Positions 27,447 to 39,000 of a stretch of 64,000 bases of DNA are shown piece after piece. The stretch comes from Auanema rhodensis. Taxonomy: Eukaryota; Animalia; Nematoda. The position numbers were made by a program, and so were the translations under genes. Every line of letters starts with the position of its first letter. The stretch's first letter is position 1. The notes beneath the pieces were generated by a model. The model was not told the origin of the DNA. It did no database searches and saw only the letters and a program-made list of their open reading frames with translations. The DNA lies in assembly GCA_964057225.1 (NCBI GenBank), contig OZ059897.1, positions 7,750,001 through 7,814,000 of the forward strand, given 5' to 3'.

Positions 27447-30400
27447 TCTTCATATTTTTGAGTTCATCTACATGTATTTATGATCTTGATTATACAACAT
27501 GGTCACGGGAGCTGCAGAACAAATATTTTTCAAAATCTCATATCCCATTCTTGAAAAATCATTATCTTTCCACATATTGTTTTTATAATTCGTAACTTTA
27601 TATTCTATAAAATGTATTAAAATAACCAATTAACAACTAATCATTTGAAGTTATATCGTATTTTGAGATTGAATGTCATGTTGCGTTATTGTATTAAAGA
27701 AAAAAAAACTTATTTGCCATTGATTTTTCGTTTCTTTTCTTTTTATTTATACATATAGTCTTCGTTGCAAGAAAAAAAGAGAAGAAAAACGAAAAGCTTG
27801 TTTATCTTTCATAAACACCTCAACCCTTTTTCGGTTAGATGCTCTCAAATCCACAGCTTTTTTACATTCAACATGTGTCGTGCTCTCTAAGCTTTAAGGT
27901 CAAGTCTAAGCCATAATATGGGCTCAACAACGGCATCGGATAAGCAACCTGATTGGTGAGAAGTGGGCGTTTTGGGGTTGGAAGGCCAACCTGCTTGCCG
28001 TCCCAAAAACATTTTGCTTCAAAAATTCTCAATGTGTGACCATCTGCTCTGTCTCTCTCTCCATCCATCGTCTCATTATGGCTTGTTGAATCAAATCGAT
28101 TCGTTTTCCTTGCCTCAATACTGCTACTGATGTTGATTTGAGTTTTAAAATAAGATTTGTAAATATTAAAAACGCAATGAATTGATTATACACGTGTGAG
28201 AGAATGAGTGAAATGGAGAGATAGGCAGAGAGAAATGTAAGGTGAAGAATTGATTCTTCAATATTATTTCGACTTCTTGATAATATTTATTTTTAAAATG
28301 ACGTAATTAAACAAATCAACACTCTTTCTGTTTAATTTTATTAGTAGTACCGGCTATATGCATGTATATTCATGTGTGTATGTGTGTCACCTGAAACCTA
28401 CTGCTGATATTCAATGTTCAGCTTTTGCCCAGCCATATCATCTGACATCATTTGAATTTTTTCTGTTTTCCATATTTTTTTGTGTTTTTCTTCAAATTTG
28501 TCTTTTCTCTCCTTTATTCCATTCTGTTTTCTTTTCAATATTTTCTCACTGATCTCTATTTTTCAAAATTTTTTCATCTCTATATACATATATGCATGTA
28601 TATTTATGTGTAGTGAAAAAAGAAAAAAAAAGGAAATCTATTTTAGAAATTTAGCTTAAGAAGTATATGGAAATGAAAATTCAGCATCTCATCTCATAGA
28701 CCTCTTCAATCTTACTCTTTGGACCAAAGATTATCGAAGAAGCTACTTTTCTCTTCCATCTTTTTGAAAATAATTTAGGAAAAGCTAGTTGTTTTCTTCC
28801 AATCCCTAACCAAATATACGAAATATAATTGCCAACAGCCATCACTTTTACGTGTATTCCTCTTCCGTTTCAAAACTTTCTGCAAATGTATTGAGAATGA
28901 CGAATGTGCTTGGCTCCTCGAAACCATTATATTAGCTCAACATGAGCAGTACTTACGGTTCGAGAAGTTTTTCCTTCCGCTTTTGGAAACATCTTCCCTT
29001 TCTCGTCCCTCCCACATCGTTTTTCTCAATAACCTCCCGCTCCACGCTATCCGATAATCGTGGTTAACCAGACTTTTGTCGTATCTCTGAATTCTCAGTT
29101 TGCTTTCCATCCTATGAAACTAATTTTTTAAACAAAACGATTCGAACGAGTTGACATGGTCTCTAATCCGTTCAGCTAGTTAACAAAGGATGGAAGTAGG
29201 ACATTTATGTTCTTCGAATTTCTAAATAAGAAATACAACGGAAGTACCATCTGTATAGCTGTTCATTGAAAGTAAAAAAAACCATGCGGCTTCTGCAGAC
29301 ATGAAAATCATCAAGTGTATCACAGCAACATGCTCATCTATAATACTTGATCAGCATCTCGATTCTTGATGATACATTGAAATTACGAATTTCTTTGTTT
29401 CTATTTTATTGCTTTTATTTCCTACTATTCTTAATTTCTCTTCAATTTCTCTTCAAATTTCTGATCTTTCTTCACTTCCGATCGTTTTTCCCTCAAAGCC
29501 CTGACACTCGTTTCGTCTGACCTATCAATAACAACAATTGCTTCTCGATATTTTTGTTCATATCTCCCTCATTAACTTTTAATTTTCTTTTTTTTTCTGT
29601 TGTAAAGTTAATGATTATCTTTTAATTATCTGTTGAATACTTTTTTATTCATTCTAATCCACATTCATCGTCTTCGTAATTGTTTTTTTTCATTCTCAAT
29701 GTCTATTTCAGTATTATACCTTCATTTCTTCGTTTTTATTTTTAAATTCTTATCACATATTTGAAAATTTGTTTTGCAATCTCTCTTTGAACGTCGACAA
29801 TTTTCTTTTCATCTAGCTATTAATTTACTTCGTTTTGAATCAAAACCTTCTATTTCGTAGTTCTCAACTTGGTTCACTGCATAATAGTTCTTATCATGTT
29901 ATGTTACACTTCTTACTCTTTTTTTAAGTTACTTAACCTTACAATATGGATATTATTTCAAAAACACACTTCGTTGATAGCTTGAGAAGAACATAACCCA
30001 GTGATTCTTGCTCAAGATAAGTATTCGTATACAATGAACTTTCTGAAAAGAAGCTGCTCGAACAACCGAATTTTTTGAAACAACAAGCATCACGCTAATG
30101 TAAGCATTCTGAGTGTTAAATTTTCAATGAAAAGTACGAAAACCGCCTTACTGAACATGTCTATCAAGCAAAAATAAAAAAAGCTTCCGTGTTTATATTG
30201 AAATTCACGTGGAATTAGAGTAAAACTTTATTTTTATAAAGATAACTTAAGTTTCTCAATGTGTAACTGACCGTTTTTCTATTTTCTCTTTCACTTTCAT
30301 CAATAGACGCCCTTTGAAAGTTGGCCTATTACGTTAATAGCCTTTTATCAATGTCATCTTCATCGATGTTATGTAGTTGTCGTTTTTACAGCCTCAAAAC

Positions 30401-32983
30401 TTCCATTAAGCTGTTTACAACAAATTTCATGGATAACACGTAGTCTTGTAATTCATAGATACTCAGCTCATCTCTTTATCCCTTTCTTATATTTTGCTTT
30501 TGTTTCTCTGCAATAAATGAATCTTATATCACGGACGTGAGCTAGAGGTCAGACAGTCTTTGGTGCTTTTTCTAAATTGTCATTGGGCATGTACATGAAA
30601 GTGTCTGACTATCTGCTGATTGATGAACTTAGAGACTTTTTCACTCGGGACTGCTACATAACGAAAATTGTAATTCAGAGTCGTCCTCATAACATTATAC
30701 TTTCATGCTAACATTCAGTTTTACAATTTATGCTCCGTTCTATCCAAAAGATATATTTTTTTCATCCTTGTCAGCATTATTTACTCAAATTCATTCACAC
30801 AACTTCTTGAAAATGCTGAGTTTTAGAAGATGTTGACAAACACATGACGACGTCACATATCCCAAGTTTGAAACACAAAAATGTCCTTCATCCATTCTTT
30901 ATTATCATTGCTTTTCGTTGTTTTTTTTCGGGCGTCTTTTTCTCAATTGAGCACAAGAGCAAGCTCAGTCTATTCAACAAAACTATTGCTGCAATTCCTT
31001 CTCTATCCAAGCCAACAGACTTGTCATCTATGCAAGGAAAATCTTTATTTCAACTCAACTAGCAACATTGTTCGTGATATTCGAACGTGTCAAATTCATT
31101 GTATTTGCCTCCTCTATTCTGATATCGCACTTACCCGTGGGGCCGATTTAGTCAGTTTGCAGAATACTTTTTCATTTTTTGCCTCAAAATCCATTCAAAT
31201 GTAGCTCTTTGTAAAACTATAAATCATTTGATGAGTTCACATGAACTGTTGCTTTTGATACTTTTTGAATGCCTTTCATGATTTGAACACCAAAAAGTTC
31301 TCACGTCAAGCTCATTGCCAACGTAGCAATCGATTTCAAGTCGAATTGACTCAGAAGGGCAATTAATTGCTTCATAATTACAGAAAACTTTGTATTTTCT
31401 CTCCAACTACCAATTTTTACTATATAATATTATTAAAACAGCTTCAAAACTCAAAATTCTAATTGAAAAGTATTAATTTTCTTTTGAAGTTTGAAGTTTT
31501 TCTCTGAACAATATGCTTTTCTGTAAAAATCTCGTTAAACTTTCTCAAGACATTTATGGTTGTATGGAAAGTATAACTATTGCACGAGGACGTTAGGCTA
31601 TACTGGCAGCAAAGATGCCATTGAAGGCTGCAATATGCGCCTTTGAATCATGTTTCATTTTATTATTAAGTTTGATAAGAAGCGGTTGTTTTCATAGCTT
31701 TTTCTACCTCATTTTTCTACCTCGTCTTTCATTTCTTTTTTTTTTTAATGTGAGCAAGATAACGAATTATATATTTATTCTATGTTTTACATATATTCTT
31801 ATGTTATATATTGTTTACTATTCATCTCGTTTTGCACATATCATCTAAATCCTTTCTTTTCTCATTCTTTTTATCTCTTCATTCATCTCTTCTTCCTCCC
31901 CTCTCTACATTCCATTCGCTATTTTACCCTCACGTTCTCTACACCTTCTTTTCCTTTTTTAGCTGTTGCATCTTCTTTCATATTTGTCCTCTTTCACTAT
32001 TTTGTCTTTCTTATGTATGAGAGTCTATTAAATAAGAAAAAAAGAAAGAAGCTAATGATAGCAAAAGCCATCAGCAGAGAAGACATAACTGGTCTAAACA
32101 GCTGCTTAAGTTGTTCTGTTTTTTGTTGTCATTCATTTCATGTTACCATTAGAAGAATTTAATTGATGAAACATTACTATTTCAATTCGGATGTTCTAAG
32201 AAACCAATAAAGAACAATTTTTTTAGTCTTCGTTCTCCTCTTCTAGCATTCATAATAATCTTATAAACTTTTTTGGTGTCGTTGGCAAGAATGTGAAGGA
32301 GAATATAGAAAAGTTTCCATTTCCTGTGTGTTGGCACCCTCTCGTCTTTGCCATCATCGTCAAAGCTCTTCTTCAAGACCATTATTGCATTCATTTGTCT
32401 TCATCGTTCGCTGCATCTTTGGGTTTTTCTTTTATTTAACCTCCCTATCTATCTTTATTTAATGAAAGAAATATTTTTACTGTACATTTTTGCCACTCTT
32501 TTGTTTTTTTCCGGATATAACAAAAGAAGTTTGTTGTTTTGTTTTTCAATACGCTTTTTTAAGATTCGCCCGTATAACTTCTGATATTTGAACTATTTAT
32601 GACGATTTTCATATACGGATATATAACTTATTGTCTTTTAAATCTCAAAGTTCATTTGCGATTAATAGCATATAAATATGTTTCGAATTCAATTATTGCT
32701 AGCCTCCTTATGCTGCTATCTGGTTAACTGATTCCAAAATTAATTTATTATTGTTCCTTTCACGAATATGCGAAATCGTACTAAGAAACCAGGTGATATT
32801 GATAAAACCATATTCCCCCAGGCCATTCTTTTCAGCCATCTACGAAATTCATTTTTTTTTTAATTTCTCTTATTGTTGTAGTATAAACTTAAATAACTTG
32901 GAAAAAACTGCAAAATGGTTGCAAACACATCGCTTGCAGATAATATCAAGACGATTTCAAATTTTTAAATTGTTCTTTCACTC

Positions 32984-33029
32984 TTTGGATTGTTAAGTTA
33001 TGTATGTATACATAACTTAACAATCCAAA
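32984..33029. repeat. Perfect inverted repeat with 22-bp arms and a 2-nt spacer
   Basis: TTTGGATTGTTAAGTTATGTAT-GT-ATACATAACTTAACAATCCAAA. Confidence 0.95.
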
Positions 33030-34044
33030 TTTTCACAAAAATCAATCAATGCAATCCACTATGCTTTTGTGACGTCAAAAAATGTAAAATAAAGCCGTCA
33101 CATTTGCTAACGTGAATGACGTGGAATTTTCATAAAGCTCATTTGCATATTACGAATGCTTCATTTATTTTGAAATGCTATTACATATTGCATTCTACAC
33201 CTTTTTCGCAATGGTCCAGCTCGAATTTCATGCAGAGCATAATATTTAACCGTATATGATTTAGATGTTGAATTATAGAAGAAAACAGTTAAAACACAGG
33301 AAACGCGCTCTTACGCCAAAAATTTCTGACCCAATGGGATAAAATTAACATTTTTGTTCATACTTGACTATTCAAGCGCCAAAGTCGAATGGTTGTTAAG
33401 ATGACCTAGTTCTGTACTTGGTACTTTCACCTCATTCATATAATAACCGGAGGGTGGTGGGTCATTTTGATTATTTTTTTCGATTGAATGTCTTTTTTCA
33501 TCAATGTTCAGGTGATTACTGAACCTGTAATTTTGATTAAACACCATAGATGGCTGAACAGAAATGCCGCAAGTTTCTTCCTGTTTCTCATCGAGATTAT
33601 TTGTTGTCTGCTCTTGTTGTGATTGTGAGAATTTTTTTGTTTTATTAGTAGACAAATTAGTTCTTCAATCTAACTTAAATTATTTATATCCATCAACTTT
33701 AAAACAGGTTAGCAGTCTTTGCTACTCTGTCATTTGGCACTTTCTGAAACCTCAACGTTTGCTATCAAGCTTTCTTCTTCTTTAAATCTAGTCAGTTCTG
33801 GGTGACCAGCTCCTCAGGTTTCAAGGTTAAACGCTCTGTTCACTTGGTCGTTCATCGTTGAATCAAGTTCTGAAGTTTTGTTGTTGCTAGTTTTCTTTTG
33901 ATATCTAGTATGCTTTCTAATCCTTCATTGCTATGAATCTATTGAATTTTCCACACTTCAAATGTTATTCTTAATCTCTGATTTCGCTAAATTATCGTTT
34001 GTGGTGTCTGATGTTCTGATTTGCCTTTCTTTCAGGAAAAGGAA

Positions 34045-34800
34045 ATGAGCAGTGTTATGGACTCTTTAACCAGCCGTTTGACGGCCACCACCATATCATC
34101 AGCATCGAAGGCTAAAGTAAGTGTTTTCTCGTTCAAAAAATAAACTTATACTGACCTTACGTGCTTGCTTTCTAAGCTGCACCATAAATACTACTTATGT
34201 TTGATAAGAATTTATTTTAACTTTTCGGTTTTTTATGTGTTGAACACACAGCTCTACTTCGTATTCTCTGTTTAGTTTCTATAACTAAAAAACTTTTTTT
34301 TATAGATTACTATTCCCGTTTTGCTATATTATGAAACCTCCTCTTCTTCACCTATCTATCTATTTATTGATTTTTCATAATATTCTGTTTCAGCCTCGTC
34401 AGAATAAGGGAACCGCTGGGGAAGATTCTCTGAACTCTAGTAAGAAGTCGTCTCGACTTATTCCAGCCAAGTAAGTCATTTCAATCCCAAACGCAGTTCC
34501 GTTTCCTGGATGCTCAAATTTGTTCCTCTCGTCAATAGAAAATGCTTTTTGGTCATCCTCCGTTAAAATTTTGAAATTTGTACTTCAGCTGCGGTTTTAA
34601 ACTTGGATCCTTGCGATCACGAATTGGCATGGGAACTGTACCGAAGATGATTGCTGCCGAAAAGATCAATCATGAAACGGACGAAGGACGAAAAGAGTTC
34701 TACTATCAAGTAGGATTAGAAGAAAATTCTGAAATCTAACTTGCAAACTATTTTCCAGGTCTGCTACCTAATTCAGAAAAAGCTGAATGTCTCGGTGTAA
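34045..34800 (+). CDS. Uncharacterised 103-aa protein (4 exons)
   Basis: MSSVMDSLTSRLTATTISSASKAK|PRQNKGTAGEDSLNSSKKSSRLIPAN|CGFKLGSLRSRIGMGTVPKMIAAEKINHETDEGRKEFYYQ|VCYLIQKKLNVSV*. Strong GTAAGT donors and TTTCAG/CTTCAG/TTCCAG acceptors, with frame kept across all three introns. Confidence 0.8.
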
Positions 34801-35473
34801 ATAGTTACTACATGGCCTCAAGCGTTATACAAATCTGTTTTCTACAAAAATTCTTTATATGCAATTTTTATCTTTCAAAAATTTCTTGTCTTCATTTTAT
34901 ATCCACTAACAACTTGTCGTTTTATTATTTTAATTCTTTCCAATCAATTGGGGTACAATGACTGTACTCAGTGGAGATAGTTACTATCCTCGTTTCCTTT
35001 TTTGATCTATTGTTTTGTGTTCTTCATCTTCTTCGACCTTTATCTTCTTGTCAATTCTTCTAGTTTACACTAACCATTTGAATTTGTACTTTGAATTATC
35101 CATATGTACGATCAACTTCGAAGGGTTTTTATCTATAATGATACTGAAACTGTTCTTGGCGCACCCGTGCTCTACCAATTGCAAGGGATCACTACGAGCT
35201 TTCGTATCTTTTACAACATTTTTGTGTTGATCTCCCAGTTTAACTCTTATTGAATACGGGAAAATGGACAATAAATGTTCAATAACTAGCCATATATATA
35301 AATATATATATTTAAGTTGAAATTGTTTTAGTTGTTATTTGCTTTCTGTAATGAACTTCACTTTATTTCAGTTTTATTGCATTATACAAAAACACAGAAT
35401 TTGGAAATTCACGAATTGCCAGCATTGATTTTGTTGTGAATTTTATTGTAGTTATAGCATCTTTTCGTGCAGT

Positions 35474-36094
35474 ATGAAGTTCCTTATTGCTGTTTTCTTC
35501 TGTGCCCTAACTGGTTAGTAAGCTGGTAAATGTCTTCAAACTTCATTTAAAATTTTAGTTAGTGAATCATTGAGAATTCCCTTGCTCCTTGGAGATTTAA
35601 CAATCGGAAAAAGAGATGATGGAAAGGTAATTGATTTTCAAAACAATTATTTCAGCTTTAGATTTAAATTTAAGGTTGATATTAATGTTTCAAATAACTT
35701 GAATGTAGGAGGCTTTGGAGCTGGTCGTAACACAACGTTTACTGTTTCCAATGATACTTTCTTAGTGAATGGTTAAAATACTTGTTTTATTCACTTTTAG
35801 ATGTTTTTCTTTCAGACAATGCTCACGTAACTACTAACGGATCTCGCCACGAACTCTCGTCTCAAACTGGATTTGTCGATGATGAGGTTAAAGTTGAAGG
35901 CAATGCAAGCATCAATAATCAAAAAATCAGAGTTCGTTCTTATTTTTATTTCTTGTAAACTTCATTTTCGAAAAGAATAGAATATTTTCAAACTAATCCT
36001 TTCTTTTTTTCTGCAGATGGGCTTAGGCGAAAATGGACAACACTTTATCGGCGATGTTGCAAGTGCCATCAAGAATAATACCAAGAAGCAATAA
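35474..36094 (+). CDS. Small secreted protein of unknown function (5 exons, ~130 aa)
   Basis: MKFLIAVFFCALTVSES-LRIPLLLGDLTIGKRDDGK|VDINVSNNLNVGGFGAGRNTTFTVSNDTFLVN|DNAHVTTNGSRHELSSQTGFVDDEVKVEGNASINNQKIR|MGLGENGQHFIGDVASAIKNNTKKQ*. Signal peptide, in-phase introns, and AATAAA at ~36148. Confidence 0.82.
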
Positions 36095-39000
36095 CTTAAA
36101 ATATTTTTACTTGAAGAGATATCATTTTTTTGACTGCTGTGAATGACAATAAATTATACTAAATTTATTTTACATTTTGAGAAATGAAAAGAATATTTCA
36201 CGTTACACTGAATTCGAATGCGAAGCAATGTGATGTTTACGTGAAAATTTATTTTAATTTTTGGACTTGCCAAGAACGGTTGGGCTTTTCTTGATTATTT
36301 TTTTGGGGAAGGAGGGGAGGCATGGAGACAAGGGGCTGAAATTATGTCTGTACTATATTCTAAAGAACAAAGTTTTTGGAGTTATCATTACTACAGCGAA
36401 GACAATTATCTGCTATTTTGTTGCTTTCTGGAATGAATATTCCCTCGTTCAGTTATTTATTTTCCTAGAAATCTATGCATAAGATGCAATTCTGTTTGTG
36501 ATAGTCGAGAGGAGAGAGAAAAAATTTTGATGTTGTTGTCTCGCTAGTGTTGTATTTTGATAATCGTAATCAGAATGGCTGCAAAACTAATTGGGAAATG
36601 GAGACAGTGTGTGCAGATGCGATGATTATTTGTTGTTCTCAATGGGATACGGAAGGAGGTCGAAATGCGTGCTGACACCCCGTTGTGATAAACATCAGTT
36701 GAAATCTTAGCATATACAGGATGAGGAGAAGAAGTGAGACGGACATACAGATGGCTATTGGATTGCCTTCACTGATTGATGATTATGATATACTAAAGGA
36801 GATAGCTGATATAATAGCCCCTCAGGTTATATAGATAAACCGAGAACTGTGTGGATATAATGTCTCTCATATATGCATCAAATAATTTGGATCGCGCGTT
36901 ATTTACACAATTTGTCGGCTATTTTTCGAATGTTTCTTTGCTATTATGCTACGTATGTTATATATTATCAGCTACGATATAACATATCATTAGTACCGTA
37001 GAATTAGGACATAAAATTTGCAAACGAAAAGAGTATTGGTTATTGCTCCTTCGCTCCGACGTTATTTTCATTTTTCATATATCATCCTAATAAGCAATTA
37101 TCGGCTGCTGTTTTGTTTGCTTTGAGAAGTACAAAGAGAAAATGACAAAAAAAATCTGTCGCTTAGACTTTTCGCAACTATTCCAATAATGAATTGTAAA
37201 TGAAGAAAGCTATTCATTGTCAGTTGTAACTGAAAGCGCTCAACGTATTTGTCAATCACGTCTAGATAACTCTGATGAATATTTTCATTTTGATGACGAT
37301 AGTGGTGAAAGAGATGTATATTGCTTACGGGGGATAAGGAAGAGGAAAAAACAAATGAGGTAGGGAAGATATTAGCGTTGGAGTGGCCAATGAGTGACAA
37401 AGATGGATAAGTTAGCTGTTATTGTGTTGGTTGATGGTCAAGATACTTGCCGATGACGGCTATGATTAATGAATCTTTAACCTGTATAATCACCTATTCT
37501 TTTATCACAAAATTTAAGACTAGGATCTGTAATCAACATAGGTATGGTGAGATTTTGGAAAGAAAAACCTGATTATAGTTCCAAACCTCCAGTACGTTCT
37601 GATCAAAGTACGTAACACCCCCTCAGAAATTCGCTTTCAAATTGTACTTAGTTGAGTAAAAATCAGTGAATAGTCAGGAAAACTAATTTCACCTCATTAA
37701 CAACAATGTACATTCTCTTTCGGTATCATATTGTCATAAAAGGCTTCCAACTGTGCATGATGAAACGTTATTACATGTGTATATACATGAATACCACCCA
37801 GGGTGGCGAAACTATAATCAGTTTGCGTCAAATTTAAAAAATATTAGATTCTGACCGTGTGTGACTGATGAGTCTCATCAGTCAGTGGTCAGTGTCCTAT
37901 TGCTTGTGTTCATGAAACAATAGCTAAACATTTTGTTTTCTGTCTACTGAATGAAAGAGCGATTGTTATCTGTATGAGGAAGAGGTGAAACAGTGCTGTT
38001 GTGGTTGGTTGAGTAAGTTGACCACGAATACGTGTCATTTCATCATTATATTCAATGATGAATGTGAATGTGTGGCAACAGTTACAACTGCAACACCATG
38101 TACTCAATTACATGTTGAAAACTGGGTTCCATAAATTACATCAACAAATGAAAATCAAGATTGTAATCTTTCTCGAGATCTTATAACCCATCTACCCACA
38201 ATTCGTGTATATTTCCATCTGTATATAAATAATGAGATTCACCTGATAGCATGTCTATTCAAGGTATTAATTAAAGAACTGCAGCTACGTCACTAGAGCT
38301 ATTTTAGCTCAAACAAGAAAAAAACGAATGTTTGAAAATTAAAAAACGAATACTCGAAGATGATTATGGGACATACCACTTTTCTTTATTTACTATTTTT
38401 TTAGATTAATCGTAAAAGCGTAATGTTCTAAGTGTAATTAAACTATTTGATCCCTCTAAATCAGTTGTACGATCAGATGATTAGCCAGGATCGTCCTAAC
38501 CGCTACCTCTACCTATCGAAAGATATTCGTCTTTTCTCTTATGTCTCTCATGAATATGTACTTTCTCCTGTCCCCATCTTGAGACGTTCGGTAATTTTTT
38601 TGAGTAATCGACATGGCAGGTATTGTTCATCTTCTCACTCTTTTAAGTCAAGATATCAAAAAAATGACATTGCTAATCATTTTTTATCGATAAAAACTGG
38701 TGATTAGCGGATATTCGAGCGGATATCCGTCTATACATCTTTTCTTTTTGTGCAAAAACCCTAGTTATTCGGCTTTCTTTTTGAGATTAATGTGACAAAG
38801 ATTCTTTTCTTTGAGGTTTGGTCATAATTTTCTAAGTTTTTGAAGAATAGATGAACCGGCAATAAGACTTGTATACGTTAAACGGAATATCTGAAGTCAG
38901 AACACCTTTTGAAGCCATAAATATCATCGAAACGACCTCAAGTCAATCAGGAAGAAGATAAATGTTCTTGAAATTGATCAGTTCCCCCATTTATGAAATA

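Noticed and set aside
29990-30875. Fragments resembling spliced leaders (TAACCCAG...CTCAAG at ~29995; CCCAAGTTTGA at ~30861)
   Set aside because: Partial matches only, with no GGTTT start, no donor GT after the leader and no Sm site.
20103-32584. Many 60-150 aa Phe/Leu/Ser-rich or RE-repeat ORFs in the supplied track
   Set aside because: They are by-products of T-rich and CT/GA microsatellite DNA, with no splice structure or family motifs, and many start at non-ATG codons.
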